Shown here in pieces: positions 49,880 to 62,096 of a stretch of DNA of 64,000 nucleotides. This stretch comes from Selaginella moellendorffii (taxonomy: Eukaryota > Plantae > Lycopodiophyta): NCBI RefSeq assembly GCF_000143415.4, contig NW_003314265.1, positions 3,406,443 through 3,470,442 on the forward strand, read 5' to 3'. Made by a program: the position numbers and the translations under genes. Each line of letters starts with the position of its first letter. Position 1 is the first letter of the stretch. The notes under the pieces were generated by a model that made no database searches, had not been told where the DNA came from, and worked only from the letters and a program-made list of their open reading frames with translations.

Positions 49880-50243
49880 CTTCTCAAGAACCCTAAAAAC
49901 TCTTTTGAATGAAGGAATAGTATCTACAGCTGTAAAAGTATTCAAAATATTAAGTAGTCAAATCAAATATGACAGCTGTAACAGTTGTCATAATAAAATA
50001 ATATAGTTTTATAAAAGATAGGTTCTCATGAACTTTGTCTTTTTTAAACAATTCAATCTTATAGAAACTTTTAACTTAGATATTTACGTATTTTAATATT
50101 TTAAAGTTTGCTAGAACCTTCATTTGTTCAATTTAGATCTCCTTTGTAATATTTCTTATTGACTATGTTGACTTGAGTTGACTTGTGTTGAATTGAGCTC
50201 AACTCATGAGCTCAACTCAATTTTGGACCATCCCCAATAATGT

Positions 50244-53200
50244 CAATCACATTGCATGAGAAAACATCTATTACATAAATGGTTCTCCATTGCCAAGGGG
50301 AAAATTTCTGTGAGCTCAGGAGGAAAGTGTAGTGTGAAAACCATCTTAATCTGAGCCTTCTGAGCGTGTTAAGAAAGAGCTCTACCCTGGTTGTTAAGAA
50401 AGGTGGTGCTATGGATTCTATCACTAATTTCCATCTTGCCTTCTATGCTATCGATAGTGCAATAGGTTATGACTTGCCACATCCAGCTTAGGATGATAGA
50501 GTCCTTCAAGAGGATGTTCCAAGACATTAGTAGTTGACCAAGAGGAAATCTACCTCAGAAATAACACCTTGCACTGAGACATTGACACCATAGCAAATGC
50601 CCGCAAGAGGATTAGTATGATTGGCAAAGGTCTTGAGCAAGATGGAGGAGCTCTCAATGATCTATAGCTGTGCTGAAAGGGCAGCTTCAAGAGAGATAAT
50701 GTTGCTCTTGAAACCAAAGTCAACCAAAGTATCCATCTTGTATGAGGAAGTACCAATTTACACCGGAAGAAAGAATGGACTAGGATCTCCACCATATCTT
50801 GTTATGTCGATGATGGGCACCTTTTGAGGAGTCCCATTGAGGGTGCTCTATGGTGTTCTTGACCATGCAAACTCCTCAAAACATTGGCCAAATTTAGGGA
50901 TAAAGCACTATATTTCTCTAAGCAAAAAGGTGACAGGAGTGTCAACCAACTGTTGAAGAACTAACTCCAAAACATGAATAGCTATTAGGGAGATCCTAGG
51001 AGGAGAGGAGAGTAGCGACTTGAAGAGGAGCTTACAAGCCACTCTCTTTGTCACTGGATTTGGTGTAGACAAAGATTCACTCTTAACCGATGCTAGGGGA
51101 TCCATGGTAGGCTAAGCAGCTACCTTCTGCCTCACTTAGGCTCGAGTGGCTGCAATTTGTTGCTACTGTCTATAGAGTTCTTTAGCTACCAAAATCATGT
51201 TGACAAATTTTGTGCTTTGTTTTTGCTTGATGAAGGGGCTACCTCAATCACTCATTGCTCCAATTGCTCCTAGTATGTCTTTGGACCACAAGATGGTGTG
51301 GAGTTGTCAATGAAGAGATGTTGTTGGACAAATTGAGAAGGTGGAGGCCAAAGCTCTAGGTGAAGCTTGAAGCAACACTATGTATTGTGTGTGTTCGTCT
51401 CAAAATGAGTGCACTAATAGGACTTGAATTGGCATTCCTGAGTTGTAACAGCCTCTTTTCTAGACTTCACAAGCTCCTAGAGCATTTTATCATGGTATGA
51501 CTATTATTGAAGAATGATCTCCTTCAACTACCTCATCTCATTAGCAAAGTTCTCATTAGCCGGAGGTGTGTTAGGCTTTGGTGTTGACAAGCAAACAACT
51601 GCACAAAGCAGCTTTGATGGGGTGATGGCTTAGTTGAAATTGACTCTGGCAATTCCCAAGTTGACAAGCAGCTCTCTTTCTAGCTTCGTGGTAAACAAAA
51701 ATGCCTCGTGGCAAAACCTAAATATCTTTTTAGGAAGTTTCTGTTGCAAGTTCTTGTGCAGACCTGCTATGAATGCTATGATCCACTACTGCTCTTCTTG
51801 GACCACTCTACAATCTTAACACAAGTTCCAATATGCTCAAAACCTGGTGATGTAGTTAGGGATAGACTCATGAGCACCTTGCTAGAACAAAAAAAGATCG
51901 AAAAGTAGCAGATTTGTTGGTTTTTCTTCAATGAAACATTTCCTAAAAGAAGCCATTTGCCTTTAGGAGAAGAGAATCTACCCAAGTTGCCACTTTGCCT
52001 TCGAGAGACTGCAAGAAGTCACAACATATATAATTGTCGTCAATAATTATATTTGTGGTGTAGTAGTAATTAAAATGACTAATATATGATGCTAGAGAGG
52101 CTATCCCAACACCTGAGAAGGTTGGTAGATCACTCCCCTTCTGTAAAACATGGAGCTAGGGTTAAGCTAAAGGTGATTGCACCATAGCTTGTAAATTTAA
52201 GTCACTGAAATTTGTAGAGGATGAAGAAGACTTGGCTCAAGAAGGTGCAATATTGTACCTAAGTTGCCTTTGAATCCTAAAAAATTTACTCTATATCTTA
52301 AGGCCTTGAGGTATGGTAAAAGAGCACCAGTTTACCATATGCCTAGTCTATACCAACATCAAATCGCCTGAATAATACAAATGCTTGGTCAAGGCAACTA
52401 CATTAATAGGAGTAGTAAGGCTATAGACTTGTCTAAAGTACAGAAAGAAGAGTCTTTAGCCAAAATAAATGGTCTAGAACTTTTTGCCTCGTCCACAAGT
52501 TACTCAAAGTTACCCAAAATGCATGGATATGATCACACATACCCATATACAACCAAGAATATATTGGAAGCATATCCAATCTAGTATGTCAAATCAAATG
52601 TTGCACTACATATGGTCTATTATCCTTATCTGTTATACTGGCTTGAAAGTGGAAGAAGATGTAGGTTGGCTAATAAAATTGCCTTAGTGCAACTCTTTCA
52701 ACATCTTAAGACACACCTTAAAATAAATATATGGAAAATATTCCTTCTTTTCTAAGAAACTGTCACCAAAGTTTAGCTCAAAAGAGAAAATGAATACCCT
52801 GGTCTCAATCCTTCACAATTTTGATTGTAAGTAAACTTGTTGGAAAGAGGTAAGCCCCATTTACCACACTATTTCAAAAATTTACAATGAAAATGCCTTA
52901 ATATCTAGTGAGATCTAAGAAAATATAGACCAAAACACCAATATTGTGGAAAAACACTTATATGTCACCAATTTAGATTAATACCAAGAGAGCTTAAGAG
53001 CTATTTTTTAGAGAGCTTAGTTGCAAAAACACCTTTAAAAACAAATGGCATCCAAAACAAAGCCTAGAGAACTATGAATCAAATATATCCTTATATAGCC
53101 AGAAAAGAAAATCCTTTCACATGCCTTTAATTTGCCTAAATCTAGCACCAAAAATCACCTTTACTTGTAAATCTAGGCCAAATTTAAAAAACCCAAATGT

Positions 53201-53650
53201 ACCATTTTGAGAAATTAAGTTAAGAATCTAAGCAAGAAAAGAAAAATCCTAAAATGTTCACCAAACCAAGCTAAGAAATGTTGTATCTCCTCAAATATTA
53301 CACGGTTTTATGAGTGTCATACCTTGTTGGAAAGAGGAATTGAAGACCTATCCAATGCGCCTAAGATCAAGCAAAACCACTATAAGAAGAATAATAAATT
53401 ACTCCTTAAAGTCTACAACCAAAAAGAAAAAAAAGAAATGATGCAATCGAAAGCAATGTGATTTACATTGGGTTCACCATTTGTTGGGGGAATAGGGGGC
53501 ACTCCCCTAATGCTTGCTCAAACACAAGAAATGCTCTAATGCTCTCCACAAATGCCCCCCTTTTGCCCTTGTGGGGCAAGGATTTTATACAAAGAGGATG
53601 AAAAATATTTTGGGAATCAAAATATTCTCTCTCACTCTCACACTAGCCAA
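50244..53650 (-). mobile_element. Probable continuation (5' region and LTR remnant) of the decayed retroelement split by the MULE
   Basis: Lies directly beyond the MULE TSD; stop-riddled coding-like sequence, then similarity to 330-845. Confidence 0.4.
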
Positions 53651-54880
53651 TTTCGTGGTTTAAGGGTCCAAAGTTATTCAATTCAAATAACCTAGGCCCC
53701 TTTAAGTTACCAAACTACCTGAGATTGAGCTTGGGGTGACCACCATGGGCAATATGGTGCCTAGGGGGGGGAGGGGGAGGGGGAGGGGGAGGGGGAGGGG
53801 GGGGCTTTCAAAGTTAAAAGCATAATCTTGGCCATTTGGGCTATGGTTAAGGTTGAGCAACCCACCTTAAATAGTTTGTGTAACACGTGGTTTTTACCCT
53901 TTATCCTATAGTGATTTACCATAGGATAACCACGGAAGAGAAACTTAAACCCTCTATATGCCATATGTCCATAGGATAGTGGTGTGGAACCCGAGGTTCA
54001 GAGCCTTGGGCTGCTAAATGAAGGAATAATGCCAAACTCCCAAGTATGAAGCTAAGGAGTGACGGAACTGGTCCATGGAGCTACTCCTGAGTGTATAGCC
54101 CAAGGAGTGAAGGGATAGGAGCCCGGGGCAACTTGGAACAATCCTAGAGCAACCAACATCCCAATGCCAAGACCAACACGCAAAACAAAGCCAAATGAAG
54201 TCTGGCGCTATTTCAGCATACTGGTGGCCTAACGCAAGGATATAGGTACTCCACCAGCTAGCATGAAATGGAACTTGGGCTTAGGCCTAAGCCAGATGCA
54301 GAATAAGGATAGGCATGCAAGCGGGAGCTAGACTATGCCTCAAGTTGGTTAGCTATGCCTCCCTTAGTACCAAGAGTTAGTCTCTAGGACAAGCTCGAAA
54401 TTTATTAAATATGGAATGTCCCTAAATTGCAAATTTGGACATGGGACGAACACCATTGTGTTCAAAACAATCTCTACATTCCGTAAATATGCCAAATAAA
54501 CAAATTTAGACACTTTCCATAAATAGCATTTAGAACCAAAATGAGACTAACACAAAGGGCATGATAGCAAAGGTGTTTGGCAAACACGGTAAACTATCAT
54601 TTAGTGAATATTGAGGGACCAATTGTTAGGTGCCAGCTTTGGCTACATGGTCAACATTGGTCAAAGGGAGGCTCAAAGGTATATTAAGGCATGTTAGGGT
54701 AAAGGACTTAACCTACCCTAGGGCTCACAGTGGAGCGGCGGCGCAGTGGAGCTTTTGAGGTAGCTCGGGGGTGGTTGGGTGATGAGGAACCTCAAGAGGT
54801 GGCGTAGCATAATCTAGGGTGACTAGATCTCTGTCTTTTTGCGACGGATCATAACATTGGTATCAGAGGAGTTGGTTGCG

Positions 54881-57800
54881 ATGGCTGACCAAGCTGAACG
54901 CTGGAATTCTATTGTCGATGGTGGTGCTGACAATGGTGCCGATGAAGCTATGGAGATTTGGACCATTCAAGATGTGGTTCATGAACTGCAAGCCCTTAAT
55001 CGCAATCAGCAAGAGATGCAAGACGAGATGCATGGTATGATGGATACCATATGTGGGCGTGTTGAGGCACTCGAGGCTGGACGAGGTAGCGCTCCAAGTA
55101 AGCCTTCTTTGATCGACTCAAGATTCCAACTTTTTCCGATGATGGTGGTGTGGACGAGTGTCTTGCTTGGCTAGCCAATGTGAAGAAGTTCTTGGCTGCT
55201 AGAGGAACTCCAAATGTAGAGGCTTTAGTGGTTATTCCAATAGTTTTGCGTGATGCAGGCCTTTGATGGTGGAATGGCTTGAGGAGTCCTGTGTTGCGGA
55301 TAAGAAACCACCAGTATCTACCATGGATGAGTTTGAGGCTGCTTTCCGTTTACGTTTTGCCCCTCATTATGATGTGGAGAATGCTCGTACAGAACTTCGA
55401 CATTTCCAGCAAGGGAAAATGACGCTCAGGGACTATATTGAGAAGCTTACTCGCTTGATTAGTCGTGTTCCAACAAAGGATCCAGATTAGAACAAGTCCT
55501 ACTTCATTGATGGCCTACATAGTGAGAGCATGCGGCAACACTTGTGTCATTCTTAGCCTACAAAGAGTTTGGAGGAGCTCTTTGATGCAGCTCGTCGACT
55601 TGACAATGATAAGCACAAGTCTCGCAAGCGTTCGCGGAGTCCTTCTATCGAGAATTGTCGTGATGATCGCCGTGGACACAAGGATGGGAACAAGCATCAC
55701 AAATTGAGTGGTGACTACTTCAGATGCAAAGGGGTCCAAGAAGCAGAAGTTCTTTGTGAAGAATTATAAATAGGGTTGTCATCATTGTGGCGAACTTGGA
55801 CACTACAAAGCTGATTATCCGCAGTTGAAGAACAAGCAACAGGACAAAAGCTTTCCAGAATTGGCGTGTTCCGTGGCGATCCAGTGCGGATTTTACTGGA
55901 TAGTGGGAGCGATGACAACTTTGTTTCGGCAAAGTTTGTTGCGGAGCATGGCCTGGTCACACGTGGAGTTCTTCCATACACAGTGGAAGGTGCAGCTACC
56001 TCTACTCAGCATTTCGATGCTTGTGTCAAGGGGCTAGAAGCGTTGGTTGGCAAAACCACACTTGTGGAGACTTTTTATCTCGCGGATATTCATCGTGTGG
56101 ATCTCATTCTTGGGATGCCATGGTTGGTGAAGGTGGATCTAGAAATAAAGTGGAGTATTAAGTGTATCTCACTGGAGTATAGTGGCGTTAAAGATGTGTG
56201 GTTTGGCGAGGGTGTTCAGCCACCAGTTGTTATGCTCTCTACTACATTTTTGAAGCGGGCTTGTCGTAATGGAAAAGCACTTTCGAGTTACTTGCTGTTT
56301 GTTCATGACTTGGGGGACCAAGGCATATGTGGGGGAGAAGTAGCAGTACGGGATGTACTTGACGAGTTTTCTGATGTTTTTCCATCTAAATTTCCTCATG
56401 GATTACCTCCGTTACAAGGTGTGGAGCATGGGATTACATTGGAGCCGGGGACGCGGCCAATTTACCGGTGTCTATTTCGGTTAAGTTATGCGGAGGAGCA
56501 AGAAGTTCAACGACAAGTCAAGGAGTTACTTGAGTTTAGATTTATTCAGCCAAGTAAGTCTCCATTTGGTGCTCTAGTCTTGCTTGTGAAGAAGAAGGAT
56601 GGTTCAATGCGGATGTGTATTGACTACTGTGCTTTAAACAAAAAGATAGTGAAGGACAAGATGCCGATGCCACGTGTGGATGATATCCTAGACAAGCTTG
56701 GTGAAGCACGAGTGTTTACCAAGATTGATCTGAGGAGTGGACATCATCAAATTGCAATGGATGATGCATCTATCTCCAAGACAGCATTTAACACAAGCTT
56801 CAGACATTTTGAGTTTACAGTTATGCCGTTTGGTTTGACAAATGCACCTGCCACATTTACTCGGTTGATGACGGAGGTATTTGGGCATTATCTTCATGAG
56901 TTTGTGGAGATTTTCTTGAACGATATTCTTGTTTTTAGCAAGAATATGGAGGAGCATAGGGTGCATTTGTGCAAGGTTCTTTTGTTACTTCGAGACAGCA
57001 AACTTTATGCGAAGAAGAGCAAATGTGAATTTGCAAAGTCGGAGGTGGAATATCTCAGCCATATTGTGAAATCTAAGGGTGTCAAGACGGATCCAAGGAA
57101 GGTGGCTGTGGTGGAAAACTGGCCTACACCGACTACAGTGGCCGAGTTGCACAGTTTTCTTGGTATGGCTAGTTACTACCGACATTTCCAGCATAAGTTT
57201 GCAGAGGTGGCTATTCCTTTGACGCAGTTGTTACACAAGAATGTGCCATTTGAGTGGAAAAAGCCATAAGAGGAGAGTTTTGTGGCGCTAAAACAATTGT
57301 TGAGCGAGACTCCAGTGCTTCGCATTGCTAATCCATCGAAGCCTTACGAGGTGACATGTGATGCGAGTGGTTATGCACTGGGAGGAGTTCTCATGCAAGA
57401 AGGACAGCCTATTGCATATGAGAGTCGAACTTTGAATTCTGCAGAGCAACGTTATTCCACATATGAGCAAGAGTTACGCTCTATTGTTCATGCTTTGCGG
57501 ACGTGGCGGCACTATCTTTATGGTGCAGTGTTCGTGGTGTTGACAGATCACAAACCACTTGTGTATCTTTTCACACAGAAGGAGTTGAACACTAGGCAAG
57601 CTCGTTGGATGGTCAAACTCATGGAGTTTGGGGAGNNNNNNNNNNNNNNNNNNNNNNNNNNNNNNNNNNNNNNNNNNNNNNNNNNNNNNNNNNNNNNNNN
57701 NNNNNNNNNNNNNNNNNNNNNNNNNNNNNNNNNNNCGTCCGGGAAAATCAAATGTGGTGGTAGATGTTTTATCTCGTGTTCGTCATATGACGACATTACA

Positions 57801-59132
57801 AACACGATTTTGTCATCATTTGAATAAGGTGGTCAGCGAGTTTGGGTAGTTGGTTAAGCATGCTCAGGCTTAGGATGCTGAGGTGGCCTCTTTGCGAGAC
57901 CAGATGGAAGCTCCTTTCTCATTGGTGGATGGGATTCTCTACTATAATGGCCGTGTATATTTGCCATGGGTGGATGCATTAATTACTCAAATTTTATTCC
58001 ACTATCATGATCATCCAGAGGCCGATCATTTTGGGGGGAAGAAGACGTATGAATTGATTAAGCGCAACTTTTATTGGAGGAATATGAAGGTTGATATCCT
58101 CAAGTATTGTAAATCATGTGAGCTTTGTCAACGGGTTAAGGTGCTAGAAGCCGGGGGGGACTTTTGCAACCTTTACCTATTCCTTAGAGCCATTGGTGTA
58201 ATATCTCTATAGACTTCATCACTTGTTTGCCACGAACACAGAGGCAAAAGGAGCAAGTATGGGTCATAGTGGATCGGTTGACGAAGTATGTGCGGTTGTT
58301 GGCTCTTTGGAAGACTGTCACTGCCTCAGACTTGGCTGCAGTTTACTTGGAGAAGGTTTTTCCTAATTTTGGTTTGCCAGAGGACATCATTAGTGATCGA
58401 GATTCAAAGTTCACAAATGGATTTTGGAAAAGCTTTGCAAAGGCTATGCAAGTGACTTTGAAACTCTCGAGTGGAGATCATCCTCATACGGATGGGCAAA
58501 CCGAGCATGTGAATCAAGTGGTGGAGGATATGCTACGTTGTAGCATTGGTCAAAGGCAAGGACAATGGGATTTATATCTTCTGTTGGTGCAATTTACTTA
58601 CGACAATAGCTAACATAGTGGAACTTTGCCAAGTCCTTACTTTGCCATGTTTGGAAGGCATCCTCGAATAACAGTGGAGTTGGGATTGCATTTGAGTAAG
58701 GACGTTCAAGATAAGCTTGATTCCGAGGCAACTGATCTGGCCACAGAACTTGATGAGATTTTGGTGGTGTGCAAACGGAATTTGCAAGCAGCTCAGAATA
58801 GAGTGGAGAAGTTTGCCAATGAGCATCGCCAATTCCAGGAATATAAGGTGGGTGATCTCGTCTTTGTGCGCGTGATCTTTCCATCAAGTGAGCGGCGGAA
58901 CACCTTGGTGCCTTTACAGACAGGGAAGAGTGATAAACTTTCCTATCGATATGGTGGTCCATATGAAGTGTTGGAGAGCATTGGTAAAGTGGCTTATAGG
59001 GTGCGGCTGCCAGCTGCGGTGAAAATTCATCCGGTATTTTATGTCAGCCAGTTGAAAGGTGTACTATCTCGGAATGACGGGCCCAATGCCTTCTTGATGT
59101 ATACGGCTGTGGAAGATGGACCAGGAGCTTGA
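54881..59132 (+). pseudogene. gag-pol with stops and frameshifts (RT YxDD decayed to FLND); no chromodomain evident
   Basis: ILLDSGSDDNF, MRMCIDY, VTCDASG, HDHPEADH...CELCQ, ISDRD...DGQTEHVN, GPYEV. Confidence 0.9.
57636..57735. other. Assembly gap (100 N)
   Basis: Run of N. Confidence 1.
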
Positions 59133-61301
59133 GCAGAGTTCCCCAGAAAGGGTGATCACCGATACAACTCATCCTTGGGACAAGGACTTTGTTAGGGGGG
59201 AAGAATTGTTAGGTGCCAGCTTTAACTACGTGGTCAACGTCGGTTAAAGGGAGGCTCAAGGGTATATTAAGGCATGTTAGGGTAAGGGACTTAACCTACC
59301 CTAGGGCTCACAGTGGAGCGGCGGCACAGTGGAACTTTTGAGGTAGCTCGGGGGTGGTTAGGAACCTCAAGAGGTGGCATAGCATAGTTTAGGGCAACTA
59401 GATTTCTGTCTTTTTGCGCCGAATCATAACACCAATCTCAATATTGCAGGGGTTCTTGATACTAGCAAGTGCAAGCCAATGACACAAGTTTCTCAAACTA
59501 GGCCGAGTATGCTTAGCAAGAAACACATAGGGTTCCTACTTTATGTTTATCTAATCTAAGTGCATGTTTATTGACCAGTTTCTCAACTACCTCAAGTGGG
59601 AACTAATAATGGGTTCAGCAATACTGACCTCCTGCCATCGTGGCAGTAAGGAAAGAATATCCGAAAGGATTAGTCGATAGGTAACTTTTGATACCTGAAA
59701 TCACATTCACGACAATTTGGTAACCTAGGGAGTTGAGTTTATTCAAATACCCTTAGCCCCTTTACCCATCAAATTGCCTAAGCTCAAGCTTAAGTTAGCC
59801 ATCTTAGGCATTTCTAGCAAGTGGTTCTAAAAGTATAGTAAGGATAATGAGGCTAAAAACCTAGTTTTGAGAAAGACAAAATAGAAATAAATACGTAGCA
59901 GATTGGAGAAAGACTTGGCCTCTACTCATTCAAACCAACTTATTCTTTTATGTTCCAATTGTCCATTTTTGTAGCACACCTGAATTTAAAGCCGAACTCC
60001 AAGCCCATTACACTATGAAATAAAGGTTTGGTACACTCACAATCCCATGAGCACCAACTCTCTATATCTAGCATTTGCATGCTAAATGGTGTTAGACGGT
60101 GTCTCGAACAATTTTGGCAAACCGATGGCATAACATGAAGAGGGTACCCCACTGATTAAAGTAACATGGAGTTTGGGCTTAGACCTAAGTTAAATGTAAA
60201 ACAAAAAGCGATACAACCTAGCAAAAGACAAACTAATGTCTCAAGTGAATATGCATTCCAACCACTATCCCTATTATACATTTGGAACCCTCTATAACCC
60301 CTTCCCCCTAGGAACAGAACTAACAAATGGGACATGATAGTGAAGGACACAGTAAATTATCATATAGAGGGACTAGACTCAATACATGAAGGACTAGATT
60401 TAATACTTAATTCTTGCCAAATCAGTGCAAGACAAAGCAAAAGAAAATTAAGAGCTAAGCTAGGAATGCTCAACTAAAAACATATAGAAATTCCTACTTT
60501 ATATTCATTTAGCTAAGTACAAATGCTAAACCCAATTTACTAACACTTGAATAAGAAGGACTACTGAAGGGAACCAATAGTACTGACTTCTTGCTATCAT
60601 GGCAATAAGGAAAAAGTGTCTGTAAAGATTAATCGACAAACATCTTTCAATACCCAAAGTCACATTCACAACAATTTGATAAATTAAAAAACTCCACAAA
60701 AGTATCATTTCAATTGTGACTTTATATTGGGATCTGAAATATAGAATGTGGCCTTAGAACTTCCTACAAAACACAGTAAATCTCCTTTAGGACTATGACT
60801 ATCTAGTGCACCAGTTGGACTGATGTTCAAAAAAAACCAGTCAACAATAGATCACTTTGAAGCACAAAGTTGGGAGGAAGACAAAATAACTTATCCTTGA
60901 TATGACTTTAAGCATAGTCTTCTGAAATTGCATGTGGCAATGCAGGATGGCACCAGTCAGCTTGGATCAAGCAATCACGCTCCATGAGCTTGTGGCTCCA
61001 GCAGATTGAAACGGCAGCCAAGTGCCTGAAATCATGCCGGATGTCCAAATGCCACCAAGAGATCCAGCATCCAGCCGCCAAACGTCTTCTCCACAACGGC
61101 ACAACAAGATGGTGGAGCGAGACGTGGTGTGGTGGACGGGATGGTGGGTGCCACTACGGGCATCTATCATGCGCTTTCCACAATCATCAACAGAAGCTCT
61201 TAGCTGAAGTATGGCTTTGACAGAGTTTCTTGGGACTTATTTTGCGCCTTGGTCTTCACCTCACAACCCCTGTGATTTGCAGACAACCTCAAAGCACTAC
61301 A

Positions 61302-61519
61302 TGGGCATCTACCACACACTTTCCACAATCCATCAACAAGAGAGCTTTCTTGGCCTTGGCCAGAGACCCTTAGCTTACAGGCCTACGCTTTGTAAAGGCC
61401 AATAGTGGAAGCGTGGAGTTTTGAATATAGAGGATTACAAAGCGTCCGCCAGAGCCCCTTGTAAAGGCCAAGAAAGCTCTCTTGTTGATGGATTGTGGAA
61501 AGTGCGTGCTAGATGCCCA
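61302..61519. repeat. 56-bp inverted repeat (2 mismatches) with a spacer of about 105 nt
   Basis: 61302-61357 is the reverse complement of 61464-61519. Confidence 0.85.
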
Positions 61520-62096
61520 AAGGACGTACCAAAGGGGGTACGTTCTTCAAGAGCTTATTGTTATTTTCTCCCTGCAAAACGCGACTCGTGCCAGTCCGTA
61601 GGCCCAAACGATTGTGATAAACTTCTGCATGTACGATACTCTCTACAACTACTGGAACGCTTAAAGGTGGATTTTTTCTTAGTTTCAAGTCCTTGGAGCA
61701 TGTTTACTTTAAGGCCCGAGTGGTGACTTGATCTCCGGTGGAGTAGCAGGAATTGCTGCCTCAACAGGTAAGAGTCTTAAGATCGATTACGTTTGATTGC
61801 CATCGTTCCTGTTTTCAGCGGTGTTTCCGATCGATTTGGTAAAGAGAAGGATGCAACTCGAGGGCGATCGGAGATAGACACCGGCTTACAAGCCTGGGGC
61901 ACATTGTTCTCACCCAAGGCTACGCTGGGTTGTACAGGGGGATTTTGCCCGAGTACCTCAAGGTTTTTACGGGCGGGATTGTGGCGAAGGAGAAGAGGTT
62001 GGTCCCCGATTCATTTCCAACTGTCAGATATTCTTGAATCGACGGCCTTGGTTGAATTTCCATGTTGCTAGCAAATATCTAGGGTTCTTGCGATGG

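Larger units (their letters stand above)
38541..50234. mobile_element. Full-length Mutator-like (MULE) DNA transposon with multiple cargo genes
   Basis: 9-bp TSD CAATAATGT (38532-38540 and 50235-50243); GGG...CCC ends; imperfect TIRs built of GAGTTGAGCTCA repeats; MULE transposase inside. Confidence 0.92.
54624..59431 (+). mobile_element. Full-length Ty3/Gypsy LTR retrotransposon (short LTRs, disrupted gag-pol)
   Basis: LTRs 54624-54856 and 59207-59431 (TGTTAG...TAACA), TSD CCAAT, PBS TGGTATCAGAG at 54858, and a PPT before 59207. Confidence 0.95.

Noticed and set aside
60908-61102. DYW-domain remnant
   Set aside because: Lacks the HxE, CxxC and terminal DYW motifs.
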